Assembly (NCBI RefSeq): GCF_009914755.1
Contig: NC_060937.1
Length of the DNA stretch: 64,000 nucleotides
Strand: one strand, 5' to 3'
DNA from: the human T2T-CHM13v2.0 reference genome, Homo sapiens
Both the position numbers and the translations under genes were made by a program. This document shows, piece after piece, positions 15,001-30,000 of the stretch (within the stretch, counting starts at the first letter, position 1; every line of letters begins with the position of its first letter). The notes below the pieces were generated by a model. The model did not search any database. It saw nothing but the letters and a program-made list of their open reading frames with translations, and was not told the origin of the DNA.

Positions 15001-18000
15001 TCGTAGCAGTGTTCTGGAATCCTATGAGAGGGACAAACATTCAGACCCTCCAGGTTTGTTCTGGAATCCTATGTGAGGGACAAATATTAAGAAAATCGTA
15101 ACATTGTACTGGAATCCTGTGTGAGGGACAAACATTCAGTCCCCATTAGCAGTGTTCTGGATTCCTATGTGAGGGACAAACATTCCCACAACAGCGGGAG
15201 TGTTCTGTAATCCTATGTTACGGACAAACATTCAGACCCTCATCGCAGTGTTCTGGAATCCTATGTGAGGGAGAAACACTTAGAAACCAGCTGCAGTGTT
15301 CTGGAATCTTATGGGATGGACACACATGTAGACCCCAGCAGCATTGTTCTGGAATCCTGTGAGACGGACAAACATTCAGACCCCAGCAGCAGTGTTCTGG
15401 AATCCTAGAGTAGGGATAATCATTAAGATCCTGGCTGCAGTGTTCTGCAATTCTGTGTGAGGGACAAACATTCAGAGCCTCATAGGAGTGTTCTGGAATC
15501 CTATGTGATTGACAAACATTCAGACCACAGCAGGAGTGTTCTCGAATCCCCTGTGAGGAACAAATATTCAGACCCTCGTGGCAGTGTTCTGTAATCCTAT
15601 GTGAGGGACCAACATTTAGACCACAGCAGCAGTGTTCTGGAATCCTATGTGAGGGACAAACATTCAAACAACAGCGGGACTGTCCTTGAATCATATGTTA
15701 CGGACAAACATTCAGACCCGCGTAGCAGTGTTCTGGAATCCTTTGAGAGGGACAAACATTCAAACAACTGCGGGAGTGTTCTGTAATCCTATGTTATGGA
15801 CAAATATTAATATAATCGTAACATTGTTCTGGAATCCTGCGTGAGGGACAAACATTCAGTCCCCATTAGCAGTGTTCTGGATTCCTATGTGAGGGACAAA
15901 CATTCAAACAACTGTGGGAGTGTTCTGTAATCCTATGTTATGGACAAATATCAGACCCTTGTCGCAGTGTTCTGGAATTCTATGTGAGGGAGAAACATTT
16001 AGAAACCAGCAGCACTGTTCTGGAATCCTATGGGATGGACACACATGTAGACCCCAGCAGCATTATTCTGGAATCCTATGAGACAGACAAACATTCAGAC
16101 CCTAGCAACAGTGTTCTGGAATCCTAGAATAGGGATAATCATTCAGACCCTGGTAGCAGTATTCTGGAATTCTGTGTGAGGAACAAACATTCAGAGCCTC
16201 ATAGCAGTGTTCTGGAATCCTATGTGATTGACAAACATTCAGACAACAGCAGGAGTGTTCTGGAATCATCTGTGAGGAACAAACATTCAGACAACAGCAG
16301 GAGTGTTCTGGAATCATCTGTGAGGAACAAACATTCAGACCCTCTTAGCAGTGTTCTGTAATCCTATGTGAAATCATCCTATGTGACAGACAAACATTTA
16401 GACCCCAGCAGCAGTGTTCTGGAATCCTATGTGAGGTAGAAACATTCAGACCCTCATAGCAGTGTTCTGGAATCCTACATGAGCGACAAACACACTGAAA
16501 CCAGCAGCAGTGTTCTGGAACCCTATGTGAGGGATAAACATTCAGACCATGCCAGGATTGTTCTGGAAACCTATGTGAGGGACCAACACTCCGAACCCAG
16601 CAGAAAGGTTTTGAAATCCTGTGTGAGGGACAAACGTTTAGACTCTCGTAGCAGTGTTCTGGAATCATATGTGAGGGACAAATATACAGACCATAGCAGG
16701 AGTGTTCTGGAATCCTATGTGAGGGACAAACATTCAGACCCTCATAGCAGTGATCTGGAATTCTATGTGAGGGACAAACATTCAGACATTGGTAGCATTG
16801 TTCTGGAATCCAATGTGAGGGACAAACATTCTGACCCTCATAGCAGTGTACCAGAATCCTGTGTTAGGAACGAACATTCAGACCACAGCATTAGTGTTCT
16901 GGAATCCCCTGTGAGGAACAAACATACAGAAACTCGTAGTAGTGTTCTGGAATCCTATGTGACGGCCAAATATTTATACCCCAGGAGCAGTGTTCTGGAA
17001 TCCTCAGTGAGGAAAACCATTCAGAATCTTGTAGCAGTTTTGTGGAATCCTATGTGAGGGACAAACATTCAGACCACAGCGGGATTGTTCTGGAATGATA
17101 TGTGAGGGACAAACACTAAGAAAATAACAGGAATGTTTTGGAATCCTATGTGAGTGACAAAAATTCAGACCCTCGTAGTAGTGTTCTGGAATCGTATGTG
17201 AGGGACAAGCATTCAGACCACAGCAGGAGTGTTCTGGAATCCTATGGGAGGGACATACATTCAAACCCTAGTTAGCAGTGTTCTGGAATCCTATGTGAGG
17301 GAAAAGCATTCAGAGTTTTGTAGCAGTGTTCTGGAATCCTATGTGAGGGACAAACATTCAGACCCTCAAAGGAGTATTCTGGAATCCTATGTGAGGGACA
17401 AACATTGAGATAATCATAGCAGTGTGCTGGAATCCTATGTGAGGGACAAACATTCAGACCCCAGCAGCAGTGTTCTGGAATCCTATGTGAGTGATAAACA
17501 TTCAAACAACAGCGGGAGTGTTCCATAATCCTATGTTACAGACAAATATTCACACCGTCTTCACAGTGTTCTTGAATCCTATGTGAGGGACAAACACTCA
17601 GAAATGAGCAGCAGTGTTCTGGAACCCTGTGTGAGGGTCAAAATTTCAGACCACAGCAGGATTGTTCTGTAATCCTATGTTACGGACAAACATTTAGACC
17701 TCAGCAGGAGTGTTCTGGAATTCTATGCGAGGCACAGTCATTCGTACCCTCGTAACAGTGTTCTGGAATTCTGTGTGAGGGACAAGCATTCAGAACGTCG
17801 TAGCAGTGTTCTGGAATCCTATGTGAAGGACAACCATTCAGACCACAGGAAGAGTGCTCTGGAATCCCCAGTGAGGAACAAACATTCAGACACTAGTAAA
17901 AGTGTTCTGGAATCCTATGTGACAGACAAACATTCAGACCCCAGCAGCAGTGTTCTGGAGTTTTATGTGAGGGAAAAACGTTCAGACAATCATAGCAGAA

Positions 18001-21000
18001 TTCTGGAATCCTATGTGAGGGACAAACATTCAGACCTCAGCTGCTGCGTTCTGGAATCCTATGTGAGGGACAAACATTCATACAACAGTGGGAGTGTTCT
18101 GGAATCCTATGTTACAGGCAAATATTCAGACCCTCGTCCGAGTGTTCTGGAATTCTATGTGAGGGAGAAACATTCAGAACCCACCAGCATTGTTCTGGAA
18201 TCCTATGTGACGGACAGACATGCAGACCCCAGCAGCATTGTTCTGGAATCCTATGTGACGGTCAGACATGTAGACCCCAGCAGCATTGTTCTGGACTCCT
18301 ATGTGAGGGATGATCATTCAGACCCTCGTTGCAGTGTTTTGGAATTCTGTGTGAGTGAGAAACATTCAGACCCTTGTAGAAGTGTTCTGGAGCCCTGTGT
18401 GAGGGACAAACATTCAGACCACAGCAGGAGTGTTCTGGAATCCACCGTGAGGAACAAACATTCCGACCCTCGTAGCAGTGTTCTGGAATCCTAAGTGATG
18501 GATAAACATTTAGACCCAGTAGCAGTGTTCTGGAATCCCCAGTGAGGAACAAACATTCAGACAATCGTAGCAGTTTTCTGGTATTCTATGTGAGGGACAA
18601 ACATTCAGACCCCAGCAGCAGTGTTCTGGAATCCTATGTGTGGGACATACATTCAGACCCTCGTAGGAATGTTCTGGAATCCTTTGTGAGGGACATGTAT
18701 TAAGATAATCATAGCAGTGTTCCAGAATCCTATGTGAGGGACAAACATTCAGACCCCAGGAGCAGTGTTCTGGAATCCTATGTGAGGGAGAAACATTCAA
18801 CCAACAGCGGGAGTGTTCTGAAATCCTATGTTAAGGACAAACATTCAGACCCTAGTTGCAGTGTTCTAGAATTCTATGTGAGGGAGAAACACTCAGAAAC
18901 CTGCAGCAGTGTTCTGGAATCTAGGTGACGCCCATAAATCTGCACCCCAGCAGCAGTGTGGTGGAATCCTATATGATGGACAAACATCCAGAACCCAGCA
19001 GCAGTGTTCTGGAATCCTATGTGAGGTACAAACATTCAGACCCCAGCAGCAGTGTTCTGGAATCCTATGAGAGGGACAATCATTCAGACCCTTGTAGCAG
19101 TATTGTGGAATTCTGTGTGAGGGATAAACATCCAGAAACTCATAGCAGTGTTCTGGAATGCTCTGTGAAGTACAAACATTCAGACCCTCGTAGCAGTGTT
19201 CTGGAATACTACGTGAGGGACAAACATTGAGACCTCATAGCAGTGTTCTGGAATCCTATGTGACAGACAAACATTTAGATGGCAGCAGCAGTGTTCTGGA
19301 ATCCTATGTGAGGTACAAACATTCAGAACACTGCAGAAGTGTTCTGGAATCTCCTGTGAGGAAGAAACTTTTAGACCCTCATAAAAGTGGTCTGGATTCC
19401 GATGTGATGGACAAACATTTAGACCCCAGCAGCAGTGTTCTGGAATCCTATGTGAGAGACAAACATTCAGAACCTCATAGCAGTGTTCTGGAATCCTATG
19501 TGAGGGACAAACCCTCAGAACTCAGCAACTGTATTCTGGAATCCTATGGAGGGACAAACATTGAGACCACAGCAAGATTGTTCTGAAATCCTATGTGGGG
19601 GACAAACACTTCGAACACTGCAGGAGTGTTTTGGAATCCTATGTGAGGGACAAACATTCAGAGCCTCGTAGCAGTGTTCTGGAATCCTATGTGAGGGAAA
19701 AACTATCAGACCACAGCAGGAGTGTTCAGGAATCCTATGTGAGGGACTAACATTTAGATAATCAAAGCCGTGTTCTGGAATCCTATGTGAGAGGCAAACA
19801 TTCATACACTCATAGCAGTGTTCTGCAATCCTATGTGAGGGACAAATATTCAGATCATCCTAGCAGTGTTCTGGAATCCTATGTGAGGGACAGATATTCA
19901 GATCATCCTAGCAGTGTTCTGGAATCCTATGTGAGGGACAAAAATGCAGACAGTCGTAGCAGTGTTCTGGAATCCTATGTGAGGGACAAAAATGCAGACA
20001 ATCGTAGCAGTGTTCTGTAATCCTATGGGAGGGACAAAAATTCAGAGCCTCCCAGCAGTGTTCTGGAATCCTATGTGAGGGTCAGACATTCAGACAATCG
20101 TAGAGTGTTCTGGAATCCTATGGGAGGGATAAACATTCAAAAAACAGCGAGAGCGTCTGACATCCTACGTTTCGGACAAACATGCATACCCTCGTCGCAG
20201 TGTTCTGGAATTTATGTGAGGGAGAGACACACAGAACACAGCAGCAGTGTTCTGGATTCCTATGTGACGGACATACATGTAGACCCCAGCAGCAGCGTTC
20301 TGGAATCCTATGTGAGGGAAAAACATTCAGGCACCAGCAGCAGAGTTCTGGAATCCTATATGAAGGACAATCATTCAGACCCTCGTAACAGTGTTCTGGA
20401 ATTCTGTGTGAGGGACAAACATTCAGACCACAGCAGGACTATTCTGGAATCCCCAGTGAGGAAGAAACATTCAGACCCTCGTAGCACTGTTCTTGAATCC
20501 TGTGTGATGGACAAACATTTAGACCCCAGCAGCGGTGTTCTGGAATCCTATGTGTGGGACCGTCATTCAGAACCTCGTAGCGTGTTCTGGAATCTGGTGT
20601 GATGCAGAAACATTCAGATCACAACAGTAGTGTTCTGGATCTGATGTGTCTACAAACACTCAGAACACAGCAGGAGTGTTTTGGAATCCTATATGAGGGA
20701 AAAACATTCAGACCCTCGTAGCAGTGTTCTGGAATCCTATCTAAGGGACAAACATTCAGACAATCATAGGAGTGTTCTGGAATCCGATGTGAGGGACAAA
20801 CATTCAGACTCTTGTATCAGTGTTCTGAAATCCTACGTGAAAGACAAACATTCAAACAATCGCAGCAGTGTTCTGGAATCCTATGTGAGGGACAAATATT
20901 CAGACCCTCGTAGCAGTGTACTGGAATCCTATGTGAGGGACAAACTTTCAGACCAGAGCAGCAGTGTCCTTGAATCCTGTGTGAGGGACAAATATTGAGA

Positions 21001-24000
21001 TCCCAGCAGGAGTGTTCTGGAATCTTTTGTTAATGAGAAACATTCAGACTACAGCAGGAGTGTTCTGGAATCCTATGGGAGCAACAAACATTCAGACCCC
21101 AGCACCAGTGTTCTTTTGTCCTATGTGAGAAACAAAAATTCAGATGCTCGCAGCAGTGTTCTGAAATCCTATGTGAGGGAAAAACATTCAGAACCTCGTA
21201 GCAGTGTTTTGGAATCCTATGGGAGGACAAAAAATCAGACACTCCTACTAGTGCTCTGGAAACCTATGTGAGGGACAAACATTCAGACCACAGCAGGAGT
21301 GTTCTGGAATCGCCTGTGAGGGAGAAACATTCAGACCCTCATAGCTGTGTTCTGGAATCCAATGTGACGGACAAAGATTTAGACCCCAGCAGCAGTGTTC
21401 TGGAATCCTATGTGATGGACAGACATTCAGACAATCGTAGCAGTGTTCTGGAATCCTATGTGAGGGACAAACATTCAGAACCCAGCAGCAGTGTTCTGGA
21501 ATCCTATGTGAGGAACAAACATTCAAACAAACAACAGCGGGAGTGTTCGGGAATCTTATGTTACGGACAAACATTCAGACCATCATCGCAGTTTTCCGGA
21601 ATTCTATGTGACGGAGAAAGACTCAGAACTCCGCAGCAGTGTTCTGGTATTCTATGCGATGGACATACATGCAGACCTCAGCAGCAGTGTTCTGGACTCG
21701 TATGTGAGGGACAAACATTCAGACCCCAGCAGCAGTCTTCTGAAATCCTACATGAGAGACAATCATTCAGCCCCTCGTTGCATTGTTCTGGAATTCTGTG
21801 TGAGGGAAAAACTTTCAGACAATCATGGCAGTGTTCCAGAATCCTACGTGAGGGTCAAACTTTCAGAACACAGAAGTAGTGATCTGGAATCCCCTGTGAG
21901 GAATAAACATTCAGAACCCTGTAGCAGTAACCTGGAATCCGATGTGACGGACAAACCTTTAGACCCCAGCAGCATTGATCTGGAATCCTATTTGAGGGAC
22001 AATCATTCAGACCCTCTCAGCAGTATTCTGTCATCCTATGTGCGGGAGAAACATTCAGACCACAGTGGGGGTGTTCTGTAATAATATGTGACAAACATTT
22101 CGATCCTCACAGAAGTGTTCTGGAATATTATATGAGGGACAAAGGTTCAGACAATTGTAGCAGTGTTCTGGAATCCTACGTGAGGGACAAACATTCAGAA
22201 CCTAGAAGCAGTGTTCTAGAATCCTATATGAGGGACAAACGTTCAAACAACAGCGGGAGTGTTCTGGAGTCCTATGTTATGGACAAACATTCAGACCCTA
22301 GCAGAAGTGTTCTGGAATCCCATGTGACAGACAAACACTCAAACAAGAGCGGGAGTGGTCTGGAATCCTAAGTTAGGATCATACATTCAGACCCCCGTTG
22401 CAGTGTTCTGGAATTCTATGTGTGGGAGAAACACTCAGAACCAGCAGCAGTGTTCTGGCATCCAATGTGAGGGACACACGAGTAGACTGCAGCAGCAGTG
22501 TTCTGGAATCCTATGTGAGGGACAAACATTCAGACCCCAGCAGCAGTGTTCTGGAATACTATATGAGGCACATTCATTCAGACCCTCGTTGCAGTGATCT
22601 GGAATCCTATGTGAGGGACAAACAGAACACAGCAGGAGTGTTTTGGAATCCCCTGTGAGGAACAAATATTCAGACCCTCGTCGCAGTGTTCTGGAATCCG
22701 ATGTGAGGGACCAACAATCAGACAATCGTAGAAGTGTTCTGAAATCCTATCTGAGGGACAAACATTCAGACCCTTGTAGCAGTGTTCTGGAATCCTATGT
22801 GAGGGAGAAACATTCAGACAACCGTAGAACTGTTCTGGAATGTGAGTGACAAATATTCAGTCCCCAGCAGCAGTGTTCTGGAATCTTATGTGAGGGAAAA
22901 ACATTCAAAAAACAGCGGAAGTGTTCTGGAATCCTACGTTAGAAACATAAATTCCAAGTATAATAATAATAAACGAAATAATATAACATAAAAAGAAACA
23001 TACATTCAGACCCTCGATGCAGTGTTCTGGAATCTATGTGAGGGAGAAACACTCAGAACCCGGCCTCAGTGTTCTGGAATCCGATGTGAAAGACATACAC
23101 ATAGACTCCTGCAGCAGTGTTCTGGAGTCCTATGTGGGGGACAAACATTAAGACCCCAGAAGCAGTGTTCTGGAATCCTACGTGAGGGACAGTCAATCAG
23201 ACCCTCGTAGTAGTGTTCTGGAATTCTGTGTGAGGGACAAACATTCAGACCCTCCTTGCAGTTTTCTGGAATTCAATGTGAGGGACAAACTTTCAGACCA
23301 CAGCAGGGGTGTTGTGGAATCCCCGGTGAGGAACAAACATTGAGACACTCGTAGCAGTGTTCAGGAATCCTATGTGATGGACAATCATTTAAACCCCAGC
23401 AGCAGTGTTCTGGAATCCTATGTGAGAGAGAAACATTCAGACACTCGTAGCAGTGTTCTGGAATCCTATGTGAGGGACAAACACTCAGAACCCAGCTGCA
23501 GTGTTCTGGAACACTATGTTAGGGACAAACATTCAGACCACAGCAGGATTGTTCTGGAATTCTATGTGAGGGACACACATTCAGAAAACAGCAGGAGTGT
23601 TTTGGAATCCAACTTGGAGGACAAATATTCAGACCCTCGTAGCAGTGTTCTGGAATCCTATGTGAGGAGCAAACATTCACATAATCGTAGCAGTGTTCTG
23701 GAATCCTATGTGAGGGACAAACATTCAGAACTTCATAACAGTGTTCTTAAATCCAATGTGAGGGACAAACATTCAGACTGTCGTAGCGGTGTTCTGGAAT
23801 CCTATGTGAGAGACAAACCCTCAGAACACAGCAAGAGTGTTTTGGAATCTTATGTGAGAGACAAATATTCAGATCCTCATAGCAGTGTTCTGGTATCCTA
23901 TGTTAGGGACAAACATTCAGACTATCGTAGCAGTGTTCTGGAATCCTATGTGAGGGACAAATATTAAGACTATCATAGCAGTGTTCTGGAATCCTATGCG

Positions 24001-27000
24001 AGGGACCAACATTCAGACAATCGTAGAAGTGTTCTGGAATCCTATGTGAGGGACAAACATTCAAACAACAGCGGGAGTGTTCTGGAATCCTATGTTAGGA
24101 ACGTATATTCAAACCGTCGTTGCAGTGTTCTGGAATTCTAAGTGAGGGACAAACACTCAGAACCCAGCTGCAGTCTTCTGGAACCCTGTTTGAGAGACCA
24201 ACATTCAGACAATCGTAGAAGTGTTCTGGAATCCTATGTGAGGGACAGTCATTCAAACACTCGTAGCAGTGTTCTGGAATCCTATGTGAAGTACAAATAC
24301 TCAGAACCCAGCAACAGTGTTCTGGAACCCTATGTGAGATACAAACATTCCGACCACAGCTGTATTCTTCTGGAATCCTATGTGAGTGACAAATATTCAG
24401 AGCCCCGTAGCAGTGTTCTGGAATCCTATGTGAGGGACAAACATTCAGACCCCATCAGTAGTGTACTGGAATAACATGAGAGGGACAATCATTCAGACCC
24501 TCAGAGCAGTGTTCTGGAATTCTGTGTGATGGACATACATTAGGAACCTCGTAGCAGTGTTCTGGAATCCTGTCTGAGGGACAAACATTCAGACCACAGC
24601 AGGAGTGTTATGGAATCCCCTGTGAGGAGGAAACATTCAGACCCTCGTAGCAATGTTCTGGAATCCTACGTGATGGACAAACATTTAGACCATACCAGCA
24701 GTGTTCTGGAATCCTATGTGAGGTACAAACACTCAGAACCCAGCAGCAGTGTTCTGGAACCCTATGTGAGGGACAAACATTCAGACCACTGCAGGATTGT
24801 TCTGGAATCCTATGTTAGGGACAAACACTCAGAACACAGCAGGAGTGTTTTGGAATTCTATGTGAGAGACAAATTTTGAGACCCTCGTAGCAGTGTTCCA
24901 GAATCATATGTGAGGGAGAAACATTCAGACAATCGTATCAGTGTTCCAGAATCATATGTGAGGGACATTCAGACCCTCGGAGCATTGTTCTGGAATGCTA
25001 TGTTAGGGACAAACATTTAGACAATCGTAGCAATGTTCTGGAATAATATGTGAGGGACAAACATTCAGACAGTCTCAGCAGTGTTCTGGAATCCTATGCG
25101 AGGGACAAACATTCAGACCTCAGCAGCAGTGTTCTGGAATCCTATGTGAGGGACAAACATTAAAACAACAGCGAAAGTGTTCTGGAATCCTATGTTATGA
25201 ACAAACATTCAGACCCTCGTCGCAGTGTTCTGGAATTCTATGTGAGGGAGAAATACTCAGAACCCAGCAGCAGGGTTCTGGAATCATGTGAAGGACATAC
25301 ATATAGACTCCAGCAGCATTGTTCTGGAATCCTATGTGAGGGACAAACATTCACACCCCAGCAACAGCGTTCTGGAATCCTATATGAGGGACAATCATTC
25401 AGATGCTTGTAGCAGTGTTCTGGAATCCTGTGTGAGGGACAAACTTTCAGATGCTCGTAGCAGTGTTCTGGAATTCTGTGTGAGGAACAAACCTTCAGAC
25501 CCTCTTAGCAGTGTTCTGGAATCATATGTGTCGGACAAACATTTAGACCTCAGCAGCACTGTTCTAGAATCCTATGTGAGGGGCAATCATTCAGACACTC
25601 GCAGCGGTGTTCAGGAATCCGATGTGAGGGACAAACACTCAGAACCCAGCAGCAGTGTTCTGGAACCCTATTTGAGGGACAAACAGTCAGATCACAGCTG
25701 TATTGTTCTGAAATCCTATGTGAGGAACAAACATTCAGACATTCGTAACGGTGTTCTTGAATCCTACGTGAGGGACAAACATTCAGACGCCAGCAGCATT
25801 GTTTTGGAATCCTATGTAAGGGACAAGCATTCAAACAACAGCGGGAGTGTTTTGGAATCCTATGTGTGGGACAAACTTTAAGACAACAGCAGGAGTCTTC
25901 TGAAATCCTATGTGAGAAACAAACATTTACAACACAGCAGCAGTGTCCTGGAGTCCTATGTGAGGGGCAAATATTCAGAACCTCGTAGCAGTTTTCTGGA
26001 ATCCTAGGAGAGGGACAAACACTCACAACCCAACAGGAGTGTTCTGGGACCCTGTGTGAGGGAAAAGCATTCAGACAACAACAAGAGTGTTCTGGAATCA
26101 TATGTGAGGGAGAAACACTCATACCACATCAGGAGTGTTCTAGAATCCCCTGTGAGGGACAAACATTCAGACCCTGGTAAGAGTGTTACGGAAACCTATG
26201 TGAGGGGTAAGCATTTAGTTCCTCCTAGCAGTGTTCTGGAATTCTATGTGGGGGACAAACAGTCAGACCACAACAGGAGTGTACTAGAATCCCCTGTGAG
26301 GGACAAACATTCAGACCTTTGAAGCAGTGTTCTGGAATACTAGTGAGGGACAAAGATTCAGACTAGAGCAGAATTCTTCTGGAATCCTATGTGAGGAACG
26401 GATATTTAGACCACATCAGGAGTGTTCTGGAATGCTATTTGAGGGACAAACATTCAGTCCCTCTTAGCAGTGTTCTGGAATCCTTTGTGAGGGCTAACCA
26501 CTCAGAACCCAGCAGCATGTTCTGTAATCCTATGAGAGGGACAAACATTCATACCACAGGAGGAATGTTCTGGAATCCTATGTGAGAGACAGACATTCAG
26601 ACCCTGGTAGCAGTGTTCTGGAATCCTATGTGAAGGCCAAACACTCAGAAACCAGCAGCAGTGTTGTGGAATCCTATGCGAGCGACAAACATTCAGATGC
26701 CAGAAGCATTGTTCTGGAATCCTATATGAGGGGCAAACATTCAGACCTAAGCAGGAGTATTCTTTAATCCTATGTGATGGATAAACATTCGGACCCCTGC
26801 AGCAGTGTTCTGGATACCTATGTGTGGGAGAAACAGTCAGAAGCCAGCAGAACGGTTCTGGAATCCTCTGTGATGGACAAACATTTAGAGCCTAGAAGCA
26901 TTTTTAAGCAATCCTATGTGAGGGAGAAAACATCCAGACCCCAGCAGAAGTGTTCTGGAATCCTTTTTGAAGGAACAACATTTAGTCCCCAGCCGCAGTG

Positions 27001-30000
27001 TTCTGGAATCCTATGTGAAGGACAAACATTCAGACCCTCCTAGCAGTGTTGTGGAATCCTATGTGAGGGAAAAACATACAGATCACAGCAGGAGGGTTAT
27101 TGAGTCTTATGTGAGGGACAGCCAGAACCCAGCAGGGGTGTTCTGGAATCCTATGTGAGGGACAAATATACAGACCACAGCAGAAGTTTTCTGGAATCCT
27201 TTGTGCAGAACAAACATTCAGACCACAGCAAAATTTTTCCAGAATCCTATGTGAGGGACAAAGCTTCAGAACCTCTTAGCAGTGTTCTTGAATCCTATGT
27301 GAGGGACAAACTTTCAGACTCCTGTGGCAGTGTTTTAGAATTCGATGTGAAGGACAAACAATCAAAACCCAGAGGCAGTGTTCTTGGATCTTATGTGAAG
27401 GACAAACATTCAGACCCTCTTAGCAGTGTTCTGAAATCCTATGTGAGGGAAAAGTATTCAGACTCTTGTAGCAGTGTTCTGGAATCCGACGTGAGGGAGA
27501 AACATTCAGACCACAGAAGGAATGTTCTGGAATCCTATGTGAGTAACGTTCAGACCACAGCACGATTGTTCTGGAATCCCATGTGAGGTACAAACATTCA
27601 GACGCCAGCAGCAGTGTTCCGAAATCCTATTTTAGGTACAAACATTCACACCACAGCAGGATTGTTCTGGAATCCTATGTGAGAGACAAACATTCAGACC
27701 CCAGGGGCAGTGTTCTGGAATCCTATGTGAGGGACAAACTTTCAGACCACAGCGGGAGTGTTCTGGAATCCTATCTGAGAGACAAACATTCACACCCTCG
27801 TAGCAGTGTTCTTGAATCCTATGTGAGGGACAAACATTCAAACTCTCCTAGCAGTGTTCTGGAATCCGATGTGAGGGACAAACACTGCAAACCCAGCAGC
27901 AGTGTTCTGGAATCCTAAGTGAGGGACAAACATTCAGACCACAGCAGGAGTGTTGCGGATTCCTATGTGAGGGAGAATAATTCAAACTCTAGTAGCAGTG
28001 TTCTGGAATCCTATGTGAGGGACAAACATTCAGAGCCCAGTAGCAGTGTTGTGGAATCTTACTTGAGGGACAAACACTCAGACCATGGCAGGAGTGTTTT
28101 GGAATCCTTTGTGAGTGAGAAACACTCAGACCACAAGAGGATTGCTCTGGAATCCCATGTGAGGCAAAACCACTGAGACTACAGCAGCAGTTTTCTGGAA
28201 TCCCATGTGAGGGTCAACCATTGAGACTACAATAGTAGTGTTCTGGAATCCTATATGAGAGACAATCATTCATACCACAGCAGTAGTGTACTGGAATATT
28301 ATGTGAGGAACAAGCATTCAGACCACAGCAGCAGTGTTCTGGAATCATACATGAGGGACAAACACTCAGAAGCCAGCAGCGGTGTTCTGGAATCCTATTT
28401 GAGCGGCAAACATTCAGAAAAGAGCAAGAGTGTCTTGGAATCCTATGTGAGGTACAATCATTCAGAGCCTCGTAGCAGTGTTCTGGAATCGTACTAGAGG
28501 GACAAACACTGAGAACCCAACGCAGTGTTCTGGATTCCTTAGGGGGGGACAAACATTCAGAGCATGGCAGGAGTGTTCTGGAATCCCATGTGAGGGAGAA
28601 AAATTCAGACCTTCGTAGCAGTGTTCTGGAATCCTATGTGAGGGACAAACATTTAGACCCAAGTAGCTGTGTTCTGGAATCTTACGTTAAGTACAAACAC
28701 TCAGAAACCAACAGCAGTGTTCTGGAATCCTAAGTGAGGGACAAACTTTCAGACCACAGCACGAGTGTTCTGGAATCCTGAGTGAGAGACAAACATTCGG
28801 AACACAGCAGGAGTGTTCTGGAACGCTATGTCAGGGAGAATAATTCAGACCCTCATAGCAGTGTTCTGGAATCCTATGTGAGGGACAAACATTCAGACTC
28901 CAGTAGCAGTGTTTTGGAATCCTATTTGAGGGAGAAACACTCAGACCAGAGAAGAAATGTTTTGGAATCCTATGTGAGGGGGAAACATTCAGAACACAGC
29001 AGGATAGATCTGGAAACCCTTGTGAGGCACAAACACCCAGATGACAGGAGGAATGTTCTGGAATCCTATATAAGGGTCAAGTATTCAGACCACAGCAGTA
29101 GTGTTCTGGAATCCTATATGAGGGACAAACATTCAGACCCTCGTAGCAGTGTTCTGGAATCCTATGCAAAAGACAAACACTCAGAAACCAGGAGCAGTGT
29201 TCTGTAATCCTTTGTGAGGGAGAAACTTTCAGACCACAGAAGGAGTGTTCTGGAATCCTAAGTGAGGGACAAACATTCAGACCAAAGCAGCAGTGTTCTG
29301 GACTCCTATGTGAGGGACAAACATTTAGGCCCACGTAGCAGTGTTCTGGAATCCTATGTGAGGGACAAACATTCAGAAACTCGTAGCAGTGTTGTGGAAT
29401 CCTATGTGAGGGAGAAACACTCAGAACGCAGCAGCAGTGTTCTGGAATCCTATGTGAGGGACAAACATTCAGAGCAGAGCAGGAATGTTCTGGAGTCCTA
29501 TGTGCGGGACAAACTTTCAATCCCTCATAGCAGTGTTCTGGAATTCTATGTGATGGACAAACATTTACAACCATGAGGCAGTGTTCTGGAGTCATACGTG
29601 AGGGACAAACACTCAGATCCCAAACTCAGTGTTCTGGAATCCCATTTGAGGGACAAACATTCAGACCAGAGCAGGAGTGTTCCATAATCCTATGTGAGGT
29701 ACAATCATTCAGACCCTCGTAGCAGTGTTCTGTAGTCCTATGTGAGGGACAAACACTCAGAACCCAGCAGCATTGTTCTGGAATCTTATATGAGGGACCA
29801 TCATTCAGACCACAGCTGGCATCTCCTGTAATCCTACGTGTGGGACAAGCATTCAGACTCTCGTAGCACTGTTCTGGAATCCTAGGTTAGGAAAATACAT
29901 TCAGAACACAGCAGGAGTGTTCTGGAGTCCTATGTGCGGGACAAACATTGAGACCCTTGTAGCACTGTTGTGGAATCCTATGTGAGGGAGAAACACTCAG

